DNA of 64,000 bases from Candidatus Altiarchaeales archaeon (GCA_014727915.1 WJMO01000011.1:21466-85465), one strand, 5' to 3'; positions 17,312-26,998 are shown, counted from the first letter of the stretch. Notes: generated by a model not told the origin, from the sequence alone. Numbers and translations: made by a program.

Positions 17312-19421
17312 TTGTTAGCCTCAGATACCCTAAAACGTTCACTGCGCAGACAAGCGCGCAGACGGTTAATATTCCCACTGCGGGTATTAAAAAGACGCTG
17401 ACCAGCATGCACCCTATGAATGCGCCGAGGAAGTCGAGGCTGTAGAGTGTTCCCGCGGTCTCCCCTGGCGTTTGCTGCCCTTTATTCGCCCTCGCCGCCA
17501 GGGGGAAAACCGACCCCACTATCGACCCCAACGCGGCTGTAATCAAGGGGAAGATTACCTGTGCGGAGAACTGTGCCATCGGCGCGGCCTTCACGGTGTT
17601 CAACGACATGATGACGGCTGCCAGGACCAGCGGATAGGCTGTGGCGGCTGCTATCATCCGCGTCAGGCGTCTTCTTTCCCCTCCCAGTTTCCTGTTGGCC
17701 CTATGGGCTCCCCACGCCAGCCCTACCATGAAAGACGTCACTATCAAACCCACCTGGTGGTATACGAACCCGTAAAGTGCCTGGAATGAGATTAGCAGCA
17801 CAACCTCCAAGGCGGTGCCTGTGAACCCGACACCCATTATGTTAGCTTTCAACGGCTCCAGCCTGAAGTACAATATGGCGGCTGCCAACCCGAAAGCGAC
17901 GGCAAAGTGGGGCAGGTATCCTCTCATGTTGAAGTAGGTCATCCAATACCTGAGGTGGTGGTAGTATGCCGTAGGCTTAAGGTCCCGGTTTAATTCTCCG
18001 CCTGAGGCGATGTTCTCCTCCAGGTAGCTGATCCTCTCGTCGTTGAGCGTTCCAACCAGGTAGTTCTCGTTCACATAGTGTGTTTCAACCCCTGAATCCC
18101 CTACCAAACGCCCTATGCCCGTCTCCAAACCCGAATCCGACGCGAGGTATATGTTCCTCCCTCCTGGTAGTGCGAGGACTTCGGCGAATGCCTCAGTTAG
18201 CGTCGCGTATACGCCCGCGTTCAACATCCTCACCTCCTCGTTCATGTAGTTCTCCGACCCGCTAACTCCCGTTGAGAACACGCCTCCAGGGCTCAATATC
18301 CTCTTCACTTCACTGTAGAACTCGAGGGTGTAGAACCTGTTCAACTGGGCTGTGGTGGGGTCTGGCAGGTCCACGATGACTACATCGTACATGATGGGTG
18401 AGGTTTTGACGTAGATCCTCCCGTCCATGTTGTGCACGTTCACCCGCGGGTCTTCAACCCCGGTTTCTCCAAGGTACTCCCTCGCTAATCTTATTATCTC
18501 CGGGTCTAGTTCGACGTAGTCGACCTGGCTGACGTCATACTTCAGTATCTCCTTCAACGTGCCCGAGACCCCTCCGGAGATCAGGAGCACGTTGTCTGCC
18601 TTGTCCCGCTGGGACATTGGGTAGTGGACAGTCTCCTCGGCTGATACCACGTCGCCGGTGCTGAACAATGGCAGGTTGTTCTCGTAGAAGTTCACCTGCC
18701 CTGACGATTCGGAAACGACGAGGTTCCCATAGCGTGTGTTCACCTGCTCCAGAACATGCTCGCCCTGGAACCTGATGCTGTCCGTCACGTCCTGGAGGTC
18801 GACCGCGAACGCGAATGACACTATCATAAGGCAGATAATTGCAGACCCTATCCTCCACCGTCCCCCGATAGAGTAAAGTCCCGCCGCTGACGCGAGCCCT
18901 GCCACATAGGCTGTCTGGAAGGAGTCCAGCAGGTTCACCAGGAGGAAGGTGAACGCGAGCCCTCCGAGTATGTCACCGGCGGAGTCGAGGATGTAGCCCC
19001 ATCCTATTCCCTCGGCCTTCCGGTCTTCCGCGATTATCGCGCATACCAGCGTGATCTGGACGCCGTAGAGCATGCAGTAGGGGCCGAGTGTCAGAGCAAG
19101 CGAACCCAGGATATGGGCCAGGCCTGCCATCTCACCCCTGACGGTGAGGACGGAGTCAACGGTGTTGGAGACGTAGACTGAAGCCGGGATCAGGAGGGCG
19201 CCGAATGCCAGAGTAAATGCGAACGCGGTCCTGGAGTCCTTTACTTTCACCTTGGCTGCGGTGTGGCTGCCGAGCCCGACCAGTGCCATCCATGCTCCGA
19301 GGGCGAGGCCGAAGACGAGCTCGTTCCCGTAGAAGATGTTGAGGAACTCCCTGAGGAATGTGAGCTGGGCGACCATGGACGCAAAGCCTATCATAACCGC
19401 GGCAAAACCGTATTTGGACAT
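17301..19421 (-). CDS. Fused multi-TM / spermidine-synthase-like protein
   Basis: N- and C-terminal TM bundles flanking EETVH, LLISGGVSG, YVELDP, DGR.YV, YDVVIVDLPDP, NRFYT.EFY, NRDLKP. Confidence 0.85.
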   Translation of the reverse strand: MSKYGFAAVMIGFASMVAQLTFLREFLNIFYGNELVFGLALGAWMALVGLGSHTAAKVKVKDSRTAFAFTLAFGALLIPASVYVSNTVDSVLTVRGEMAGLAHILGSLALTLGPYCMLYGVQITLVCAIIAEDRKAEGIGWGYILDSAGDILGGLAFTFLLVNLLDSFQTAYVAGLASAAGLYSIGGRWRIGSAIICLMIVSFAFAVDLQDVTDSIRFQGEHVLEQVNTRYGNLVVSESSGQVNFYENNLPLFSTGDVVSAEETVHYPMSQRDKADNVLLISGGVSGTLKEILKYDVSQVDYVELDPEIIRLAREYLGETGVEDPRVNVHNMDGRIYVKTSPIMYDVVIVDLPDPTTAQLNRFYTLEFYSEVKRILSPGGVFSTGVSGSENYMNEEVRMLNAGVYATLTEAFAEVLALPGGRNIYLASDSGLETGIGRLVGDSGVETHYVNENYLVGTLNDERISYLEENIASGGELNRDLKPTAYYHHLRYWMTYFNMRGYLPHFAVAFGLAAAILYFRLEPLKANIMGVGFTGTALEVVLLISFQALYGFVYHQVGLIVTSFMVGLAWGAHRANRKLGGERRRLTRMIAAATAYPLVLAAVIMSLNTVKAAPMAQFSAQVIFPLITAALGSIVGSVFPLAARANKGQQTPGETAGTLYSLDFLGAFIGCMLVSVFLIPAVGILTVCALVCAVNVLGYLRLTSGK

Positions 19422-19460
19422 TGTCTGCTCTTATATTATTTTCTGATAATATTATGTACC

Positions 19461-19982
19461 ATGTTCTCCGACATTATAAGGGTCGTGTGGTTCATTCTGC
19501 CGGCTTATGTGGCGAACTCCATCGCCATAGACGTGTCCGGCGTCCCGTTCCTCAAAAAATACGATACGCCAATGGACTTCGGGAGGTCAGTGGGCGGCAA
19601 GCGGATTCTCGGGGATGGGAAGACCTGGAGGGGGTTCATATCAGGGGTGCTGGCCGCTGTCCTGACTGGTTACCTCCAGCAGTCCTATCAGGCGGACGGG
19701 TTCGTTCAGATGACGCCTTTACTCGGGTTCCTGCTGGGTTTCGGGGCTTTAGGGGGTGATGCGGCGGCTTCTTTCATAAAGCGGAGGACCGGCTTGGGCA
19801 GGGGGCATCCCGTGTTCCTCCTGGACCAGCTCGACTATGTTTTCGGCGCCTTCCTGGCGGCCTCATTAGTTGTTCCCCTGGATTTTCCCCCTCTTTTTTT
19901 AGCTTGTTTAATAACTTTACCCATCCACTACATAAGCAATATAGTGGCGTGGTTGTTGAAGTTGAAGCCTAAACCCTGGTAA
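19461..19982 (+). CDS. carS: CDP-archaeol synthase
   Basis: Start ATG 19461; LPAYVAN, DFG....KRILGDGKTWRG, GD...SFIKRR.G..RG, LDQLD, KPKPW. Confidence 0.92.
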   Translation: MFSDIIRVVWFILPAYVANSIAIDVSGVPFLKKYDTPMDFGRSVGGKRILGDGKTWRGFISGVLAAVLTGYLQQSYQADGFVQMTPLLGFLLGFGALGGDAAASFIKRRTGLGRGHPVFLLDQLDYVFGAFLAASLVVPLDFPPLFLACLITLPIHYISNIVAWLLKLKPKPW

Positions 19983-19983
19983 A

Positions 19984-21336
19984 GTGGATTATGAAGCTAT
20001 AGTAGTGGGGGCTGGTGTGAGCGGTCTTCTGTCAGCGTTGGCTCTGTCCAAGGAGGGGAAGAACGTGCTCGTGCTCGAACGGGATGGTGAGGTGGGCGGT
20101 AACCTCCGCACCTACGAGGTTGACGGCTGGTGGGTTGACACGGGCCTTCACGCGATCACGCACGTGGACGACGGCCCGTTGACGAAGCTGATGGACGACT
20201 ACTTCGACGTTATACCGAGGTTCCTCCCCTACGGCAACTACCACATCCGCACCCGGGAGAAGCTTGTGGTTTTCCCTTGGACGATGCAGGCTTGGGTGAA
20301 CTTTGACGTCCTGCCGCAGAATGACAGGTTCCAGCTTATGAGCATACTCGGCGCCTCCGTCGCATCCAGCATCTTCGGCTCGGTGGACAAGAACCAGAGC
20401 GTCTACGACTTCCTGAAGAACAACCGGTTCAGCGACAAGACTTGGCGGTTCATCGACACCTTCAGCTATTTCATGAGCGGGAAGAACATGCGCAAGACCC
20501 CCGTGTGGAGGCTGATGAAGGGGGCCCGTTACATCCAGGAGAACGAGAGCGAGTTCATCGGCGACAAGGTTGTCGGCGGAATCGCCAATGTGGCCAAACT
20601 GCTCGCCTATGACGGCAGCTACCACCAGGCCTACCCGAAGCTGGGAGCTGGGGCGGTGACTGACTGTATCGTCAGGTCTTTCCCCAAGGGCAAGGTGACT
20701 GTGAAGACCTCTGAGGAGGTGAAGGCGTTGGATTGCAGGGATGGGAAGGTGGTTGGCGTCGAAACGGATAACGACAGTTACGCCTCGGATTTGACTGTAT
20801 ACTCTGGTTACATGAGGGACCTTCCCGGGCTTTCCGGGGAATTCGACGAAGACTTCAGGGAATCAGTAGGCTCGTTGGAGCAGAGCACGTCCATCACAGT
20901 GTGGCTGGGGTTGGATGAGGTTCTGCCAGAGTTCGATTACATGGGTGCGGAGGTCTGGTTCGAGGAGGGCAAGTCCTACTGGGGCATGTCCACCAGCAGA
21001 TACAACCAGTCATTCGCTCCGGAGGGCAAGCAGCTTGTGGGTTTCACCGCGATCATAGAGGGCGGCCGGGAATCTGAGGAGAAGGCGCTGATCGAGTCAA
21101 TCTACACTGCCGTCCCGTCCGCCGAGGATCACGTGGAGTTCAGGCACGCGCAGGTCACCATACCTGAGAAGGCGGCGATTACCGTGGGCTCCAGGTTCCC
21201 TGGGCAGAAGGCCCCCTTGGATGGGCTCTACCTGGTGGGGACGGACACGGACATCCGCAGCATGGGCGTTACCAGGGCCGCGTTCTCGGTGGTTGAGATG
21301 CTCAAGATACTGAAGGGAGAAGGGAGGCTAACATGA
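19984..21336 (+). CDS. FAD-dependent oxidoreductase (phytoene desaturase / amine oxidase-like)
   Basis: VVGAGVSGL..A..L...G..V.VLE....GG, VDTG.H, LYLVGTD. Confidence 0.85.
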   Translation: MDYEAIVVGAGVSGLLSALALSKEGKNVLVLERDGEVGGNLRTYEVDGWWVDTGLHAITHVDDGPLTKLMDDYFDVIPRFLPYGNYHIRTREKLVVFPWTMQAWVNFDVLPQNDRFQLMSILGASVASSIFGSVDKNQSVYDFLKNNRFSDKTWRFIDTFSYFMSGKNMRKTPVWRLMKGARYIQENESEFIGDKVVGGIANVAKLLAYDGSYHQAYPKLGAGAVTDCIVRSFPKGKVTVKTSEEVKALDCRDGKVVGVETDNDSYASDLTVYSGYMRDLPGLSGEFDEDFRESVGSLEQSTSITVWLGLDEVLPEFDYMGAEVWFEEGKSYWGMSTSRYNQSFAPEGKQLVGFTAIIEGGRESEEKALIESIYTAVPSAEDHVEFRHAQVTIPEKAAITVGSRFPGQKAPLDGLYLVGTDTDIRSMGVTRAAFSVVEMLKILKGEGRLT

Positions 21337-22577
21337 AGTTAACGCTGCCATACGGTGATTCGACAACGGAGATTGAGGTTGACGATGACCGGGTGCAGGC
21401 TTACATCGAGCCGGCCCACTTCGACAAGCGGGACTTGAAGGATCTTTTACGGGAGTCTTTGGAGGACTCATACGCCCTGAGCCTTGAGGAATTCCTAAAG
21501 GGCAAGAAGTCCATACTGTTGGTTGTGAACGACCTGACCCGCCCCACACCCACTGCGAAGGTGTTGGAGGTTCTCCTGCCCTTGTTGGGTGACAGGGAGT
21601 TGAAGTTCATCATCGCCACCGGCTCTCATAAGCCGCCGGGTAAGCCGGGGTTGAAGACCATACTCGGCGAAGGCGTCTACGAGGCTCATAAGAAGGAGGT
21701 TTACAGCCACGAGGCCAAGGACGACGTGTTCCTAAGGTATGCGGGGGAGACCTCGCGGGGTAACAGCATCTACTTGAACAAGATGCTATGGCTCGTGGAC
21801 GGGGTAATAAACATCAACAGCGTGGAGCCCCATTATTTCGCGGGTTTCACCGGCGGCCGGAAGAGTTTTCTACCGGGTGTGTCCAGTTATAAGACGATCA
21901 CCAAGAACCATTCGTTCGCTTTGGAGGAGGGGAGCCAGCTGTGCAACCTGGAGGGGAACCCCGTTAACGAGGACATGGAGGAGGCCGCCGCATTGGTCCC
22001 CAAGCCGATCTTCAGCTTCAACCTGGTGTTGGACGCGGACAACGACGTGGCCGGCGTTTTCGCTGGCGGGTTGAGGGAGTCTTTCCGGGCGGCCTGCGAG
22101 TTCACCCTCACAAAATACACGTTCTCGTTGGAGGAGAAGGCGGATGTTGTGCTGGCTTTTGTGGAGCGGCCGATGAGCAGGGACCTCTACCAGACTCAGA
22201 AGGTCATCGAGCCCTCGAAGCTCGCGTTGAAGGAGGGGGGTGTTCTCATCTTCGTCTCTCAGTGTGACGGGGGCGTGGGCCCTGAAAACTACTATGCGCT
22301 GATGAGCTCGTCCACGAACCCTCATGAGATATTGATGAGCATACAGCAGAAGTACAAGCTCGGCTACCACAAAGCCGCCCGCCTGTTGGAAATCGCCACC
22401 TGGGCGGACATGTACGCGGTAACCGACCTGGAAGACCATGTCCTAGAGCGCGTCTTCATGAAACCCTTCAGCACCGCTCAGGAAGCAGTCGACACCGCAC
22501 TCAAAGAAAAAGGCCCCCAAGCCAAAATAATCATAATCAAAAACGCACTCATCACAATACCACAAAACAAAGCTTAG
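21333..22577 (+). CDS. larA: LarA-family nickel-pincer racemase/epimerase
   Basis: LPYG, ND.TRPTPT, IATGSH, PHYFAGFTGGRKSFLPGV, NH, DLYQTQK. Confidence 0.88.
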   Translation: MKLTLPYGDSTTEIEVDDDRVQAYIEPAHFDKRDLKDLLRESLEDSYALSLEEFLKGKKSILLVVNDLTRPTPTAKVLEVLLPLLGDRELKFIIATGSHKPPGKPGLKTILGEGVYEAHKKEVYSHEAKDDVFLRYAGETSRGNSIYLNKMLWLVDGVININSVEPHYFAGFTGGRKSFLPGVSSYKTITKNHSFALEEGSQLCNLEGNPVNEDMEEAAALVPKPIFSFNLVLDADNDVAGVFAGGLRESFRAACEFTLTKYTFSLEEKADVVLAFVERPMSRDLYQTQKVIEPSKLALKEGGVLIFVSQCDGGVGPENYYALMSSSTNPHEILMSIQQKYKLGYHKAARLLEIATWADMYAVTDLEDHVLERVFMKPFSTAQEAVDTALKEKGPQAKIIIIKNALITIPQNKA

Positions 22578-22611
22578 GTCTCTGGATTTTTGAATTTCAG
22601 GTGAAATAGTA

Positions 22612-23778
22612 GTGGGGCTGTCAGGGACGGCGTGTTCTCTGGGGGTAAACCATTTTAAGATCACTGTGGATGGTAGTTCTCTTAAGGTTGAGGGTTGCGG
22701 TCAATCGGTCGAATCAACGGATTCCTCCTACTCCAACACGGGGGAGATTTCGCTCCAAAACCATTATGGGACTTCCTCCTCCTTCGACAACATAACCGTG
22801 AGGAAATACGCCAACCCTACACCAACCTTTAATGGATTCCACACCGAAGAAACCTACACTCCAAGCCCACCCCTGGGCGGCAGCGGAGAAATATACTATT
22901 ATCACCCTGACCATCTTGGTTCAACTGTTGTGGTTAGTGACAGTGACGGTAATTTAGAAGAGAGAATTTCATATCAGCCGTTTGGCCTACCCCGTCAATC
23001 CAGTGAAGAATTGTACCAGTTCACTAGTCAGGAGTGGGAGGGAGACCTTGGATTCTATGACTACGGAGCTCGTCAGTATAATCCGACCCTTAGGAGGTTC
23101 ATGCAAGCTGATAGTATAATACCAAATCCTTATAATCCGCAAAACATGAACAGATACTCGTATGTACTGAATAATCCACTCATATATATTGATCCTACTG
23201 GTCATGTAGGCTTTATAGTTGGTTTAACGGGTCAGTCAGGTACATATCCTGTTGGAGTAGGTGATAGTATTACAGAAACACAAGGTTTTGCAGTTGCTAT
23301 ATCTTCTGATCTTAAAATAAGTTGGGGTTCTGTTAAAAGTGCTGGTGTGGGGGATATTACTCCTACTGGATCTGCAGGTTTATTATTATTACGATCAGAT
23401 GGTGTAGAACATGTTAGTGGATTCTCTGGTTCCTCAACAGATGTTATGGGTGATACGAGTTTAATGCCTGGAACCAGTGTTGGATTAATTGGTGTTACCA
23501 ATGAAGATGGTGAATGTTCTGGAACTGGCATGACAGTTTCATTAGACATTAATGCTCCTGCAGGGATATTTGGAGCTTCAGCGGGGGTTGTTAATTCTGA
23601 AACAATAGTTACTGAACATACAAATAATGGAGATATAACACATGGTGATACCCAAGCTTATAATAATATATATTCGGAGGTCGCAAATGATTATTTAAGT
23701 GAAGCAGATGTTGCTGGGACACTTGAACGTTTAACAGAAACTGCCAATACTATAATACAAAAAATCACGGGAGAATAA
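22612..23778 (+). CDS. Orphan Rhs-core toxin cassette 1 (5'-truncated)
   Basis: YYHPDHLGS, Y.PFG, FTSQE.....FYDYGARQYNP...RFMQ.D, NRYSYV.NNP...IDPTG, then an ~190-aa tip. No signal peptide; in-frame stop at 22591. Confidence 0.88.
   Translation: MGLSGTACSLGVNHFKITVDGSSLKVEGCGQSVESTDSSYSNTGEISLQNHYGTSSSFDNITVRKYANPTPTFNGFHTEETYTPSPPLGGSGEIYYYHPDHLGSTVVVSDSDGNLEERISYQPFGLPRQSSEELYQFTSQEWEGDLGFYDYGARQYNPTLRRFMQADSIIPNPYNPQNMNRYSYVLNNPLIYIDPTGHVGFIVGLTGQSGTYPVGVGDSITETQGFAVAISSDLKISWGSVKSAGVGDITPTGSAGLLLLRSDGVEHVSGFSGSSTDVMGDTSLMPGTSVGLIGVTNEDGECSGTGMTVSLDINAPAGIFGASAGVVNSETIVTEHTNNGDITHGDTQAYNNIYSEVANDYLSEADVAGTLERLTETANTIIQKITGE
22876..22979 (+). repeat. 104-bp direct repeat, copy A (Rhs core 5' end)
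   Basis: ggcggcagcggagaaatatactat...aatttcatatcagcc reads identical to 25592-25695. Confidence 0.9.
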
Positions 23779-23788
23779 CAAGAAGACA

Positions 23789-24454
23789 ATGGAAAATAAA
23801 CACAATAATAGGTGGTTTCCATTTGCATTAACCTGGATAAATGGTATGATATATTCCCTAGTTGGTCTTTTACATAGATTTTATGATAAGACTATATTTA
23901 TGGTGTTATTTGCTGTTCTTATTTTTTTAGAACTACTTATTTTCAATTACTTAAAACAAAATAGAAAATATAATCATGACCTACTTAAAATATTCCGATT
24001 ACCTAAATTATCAAAATTATACTTAATCTGCCAAATTCCATTTCTTATACTGCTTATTGATTACAATCTAATAATCATGGCTATATTTATCAGTTCATTC
24101 ATCTGGTTAGTCTTTGCTTATATGTTAAAATTTCATAAACCATTCCAAAAGGAAATTAATTCACTCAACTTCACACATAATACACACCCTTTTTTAATAC
24201 CTGAAGAACTATACAAAAAATTAATTCAATTTTTTATTTCTCTACCTTTAATTTTTGCTATTTCCTTCCTACTTGTTATTCCGCCATTATTCAGATCATT
24301 TAAAGATTTGATTTTTTCACTATTTAGAAAAAATATTTGTATATTAATAACAATCCCCCTTTTTGGGCTAATGTTATATTCATTAATATTTACTGCATAT
24401 TTCCTATACACTCCCCTCTACTACTTTGCCTATTTCCTCTTTAAGAATACATAG
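23789..24454 (+). CDS. Putative immunity protein 1 (multi-TM, very AT-rich)
   Basis: Directly follows toxin cassette 1; hydrophobic with about 5-6 TM segments. Confidence 0.6.
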   Translation: MENKHNNRWFPFALTWINGMIYSLVGLLHRFYDKTIFMVLFAVLIFLELLIFNYLKQNRKYNHDLLKIFRLPKLSKLYLICQIPFLILLIDYNLIIMAIFISSFIWLVFAYMLKFHKPFQKEINSLNFTHNTHPFLIPEELYKKLIQFFISLPLIFAISFLLVIPPLFRSFKDLIFSLFRKNICILITIPLFGLMLYSLIFTAYFLYTPLYYFAYFLFKNT

Positions 24455-24505
24455 TATGGCATAACTCTTATCAATTGTGTCAGTTTATTTCACCGGAGTT
24501 GGGGT

Positions 24506-25213
24506 GATTTAGGCTTCTACGATTATGGTGCAAGACAATACAACCCCACACTACGAAGATTCATGCAACCGGACAGTATTATCCCGGATTATTATAATCC
24601 GCAATCGTTGAACCGGTACTCGTACACACTGAATAATCCGTTGAAATATATCGATCCAGATGGACATTTGGGTGTAGAGTATAGTAGTAGCTCTTCAATT
24701 GGTACTTTCCCAATTCCAATACCAAGTATTTCAATTAGTCATGGTATTGGTCATACTATTGATTTCTCGACAGGGGATACTGATCAAGGTGTCAATTTGG
24801 CTATTTCAACTGGTGATACTACTCTCTCAGTCTCAGTAACCTTTAGTATTTCGGTTTTCCCAAATTATCAGGAGATGGGTGATTTTTCTGGAGAGACATC
24901 TGAAACTGGAGGTGAAGTACAAATATTTGGCATCTCGAGTTTATTGAGTGTTGGCAAGCAGGATATTTACTCTCGGGAAGGGCAAGAAACAAATATTAAT
25001 GATAAAATCGGCGACCGTTATACACTTAGTATTGGTAAGGCTCCATTTCGCGCATCTGGAGATTATATGCATGTAGATACTACTTCAATCGAGGTAATGC
25101 CAGATGATTCAGAATCCTTAATAGATGTTCATCGAACAGACAATAAGGGAAATTCAGGAACAGATTCTGAGACACATACCGAATCTGGACTAATAAAAAC
25201 AAAAACCGGATAA
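24506..25213 (+). CDS. Orphan Rhs-core toxin cassette 2 (short core remnant + tip)
   Basis: In-frame DLGFYDYGARQYNPTLRRF (from 24506) precedes the tracked ATG 24563; NRYSY..NNP.KYIDPDG, then an ~180-aa tip. Confidence 0.85.
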   Translation, partial: DLGFYDYGARQYNPTLRRFMQPDSIIPDYYNPQSLNRYSYTLNNPLKYIDPDGHLGVEYSSSSSIGTFPIPIPSISISHGIGHTIDFSTGDTDQGVNLAISTGDTTLSVSVTFSISVFPNYQEMGDFSGETSETGGEVQIFGISSLLSVGKQDIYSREGQETNINDKIGDRYTLSIGKAPFRASGDYMHVDTTSIEVMPDDSESLIDVHRTDNKGNSGTDSETHTESGLIKTKTG

Positions 25214-25234
25214 TTAATTAACTAAGGTGGGGAT

Positions 25235-25570
25235 ATGGAACAAATAATCGAAAAAATATTTTACATATTAATCTCAATAGGTGCTCTAATTTTGGTTTAT
25301 GCTCCTATGTTTTATAAAGAAAAACTCGCGAAATATCTGAAAAACAATAAATTAGATATCTATAAATCTTTACCTTCAGATCAATCTTTTCCTTATATTC
25401 TTGAGAGTGATAAGATCGGTTGGATCTCATTTATAAAATATATCTTTTCGAAACACCCACAAGATGACAAAACATGCCTTAAATACAAAAGAATAATTAT
25501 CTTTTCATGGATTGGAATAATCCTTCTATTTTGTTCTATTCTCTACCTATTATATGCTGGGTTTATATGA
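25235..25570 (+). CDS. Putative immunity protein 2 (two terminal TM helices)
   Basis: Follows cassette 2 with a GGTGGGG RBS-like element; N- and C-terminal hydrophobic helices; W..PQDD..K.K motif. Confidence 0.65.
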   Translation: MEQIIEKIFYILISIGALILVYAPMFYKEKLAKYLKNNKLDIYKSLPSDQSFPYILESDKIGWISFIKYIFSKHPQDDKTCLKYKRIIIFSWIGIILLFCSILYLLYAGFI

Positions 25571-25591
25571 TTTCGTTCCACATCACCCCAA

Positions 25592-25695
25592 GGCGGCAGC
25601 GGAGAAATATACTATTATCACCCTGACCATCTTGGTTCAACTGTTGTGGTTAGTGACAGTGACGGTAATTTAGAAGAGAGAATTTCATATCAGCC
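25592..25695 (+). repeat. 104-bp direct repeat, copy B
   Basis: Reads identical to 22876-22979. Confidence 0.9.
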
Positions 25696-26461
25696 TTATG
25701 GGTTACCCCGTCAAGATAGCGAAGAATTGTATCAGTTCACCAGTCAGGAGTGGCAATCTGATTTAGGCTTCTATGATTATGGAGCAAGACAATACAACCC
25801 AACCCTTAGGAGGTTCATGCAACCCGACAACATAATACCAGACTACTACAACCCACAAAGCCTAAACCGGTATTCCTATGTGGTAAATAATCCACTACTA
25901 TATGTTGATCCAACAGGCGAGATTGGGATTTCTACTGATGTTTATATCAATGTTGGATTAGTAAAAGGGTTTTCATTTTCGGTTGGAAATGTATATGCTA
26001 TATCTGATTCTGGAGAACCATCATCAGGAAAGACCATGTCCTTCAGTGGGGGTGACTCTTCGCCAACGGGGGCAGTAGGTATAAGAGTGACTTTTCATCC
26101 AAATATGCAAGATGTATCAGACAAGGCTGGATACTCAAATGAGGCTTTAGCTGATGCTAATCCCTTTACTATAGGTCCTGTTCCAATAACTGGTGGATAT
26201 GGTCAGAGTTGGGAAAGTCAAGGAGAAGCTGATGGATTGTTTTGTGTTGATAATACTATTCCTTCTTATGATAAAAATAGCAATAATGATCATTTCCTTA
26301 CACTTGCCGTTGATACTAATACATTCCTGCCAGTGTCAGTAGGGACATATGAAACCTATACAGTGGTTATTGAAGATCCTTCACTTGATAATCCCACAAC
26401 CCAAATTCATGATCCTGGTCCAGCTTTTAAACAAGAGGGGGGAGGTGGTGGTGCTGGATAA
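25592..26461 (+). CDS. Orphan Rhs-core toxin cassette 3
   Basis: Core starts GGSGEIYYYHPDHLGS at 25592 (tracked start 25646); FTSQE, YDYGARQYNP, YVDPTG, then an ~180-aa tip. Confidence 0.88.
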   Translation, partial: GGSGEIYYYHPDHLGSTVVVSDSDGNLEERISYQPYGLPRQDSEELYQFTSQEWQSDLGFYDYGARQYNPTLRRFMQPDNIIPDYYNPQSLNRYSYVVNNPLLYVDPTGEIGISTDVYINVGLVKGFSFSVGNVYAISDSGEPSSGKTMSFSGGDSSPTGAVGIRVTFHPNMQDVSDKAGYSNEALADANPFTIGPVPITGGYGQSWESQGEADGLFCVDNTIPSYDKNSNNDHFLTLAVDTNTFLPVSVGTYETYTVVIEDPSLDNPTTQIHDPGPAFKQEGGGGGAG

Positions 26462-26500
26462 AAAGAAATTAGTTAATATGATATTAAATGAATATGATAT

Positions 26501-26833
26501 GTGATTGCCATGAACTATTTATATATGATTTTTGATGCATTTTTTTATGTATTAATATTATGTGGTTTTATCCTTTTCTTCTATTCTCATTATCTAATAC
26601 TGCAAGTGATATTCTATTCTTATAAAAAGAAGAATAAATTAAATTTTTTATCAGAAAAACTAGCACCTTATTGGATATACCCCTGGTTATTGCGAAATGA
26701 TCCAAACGACGACGAATATACGTTAAATATGAAAAATAAAATTAGATTGTCTTTTCTATCCATGTTAATTATCTGTTTGTTATGCTTTTTTCTAATCCCA
26801 TTTTTCAAATATAAATATTATGAATTATTCTAA
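26501..26833 (+). CDS. Putative immunity protein 3 (two terminal TM helices)
   Basis: Follows cassette 3; same size and topology as immunity 2; W..PNDD...MKNKI motif. Confidence 0.65.
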   Translation: MIAMNYLYMIFDAFFYVLILCGFILFFYSHYLILQVIFYSYKKKNKLNFLSEKLAPYWIYPWLLRNDPNDDEYTLNMKNKIRLSFLSMLIICLLCFFLIPFFKYKYYELF

Positions 26834-26901
26834 TTATCGCCCAATTACATGAGAGAGATTCGTTTTGTCCCTCCCGGTCTGATATATGTCCTATCATTTT
26901 T

Positions 26902-26998
26902 GAGGTATATTATTATCACCCTGATCACTTAGGAAGCACAGTAGTGGTTTCTGACAGTGATGGTAATTTGCATGAGAGGATATAATACCTGCCTTTTT
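26902..26998 (+). pseudogene. Rhs-core stub with in-frame stop
   Basis: Translates EVYYYHPDHLGSTVVVSDSDGNLHERI*YLPF; synonymously diverged from copies A and B. Confidence 0.85.

Noticed and set aside
21333-22577. larA without larB/C/E as an anomaly
   Set aside because: Cofactor genes are often unlinked in archaea, and this cannot be judged from one window.
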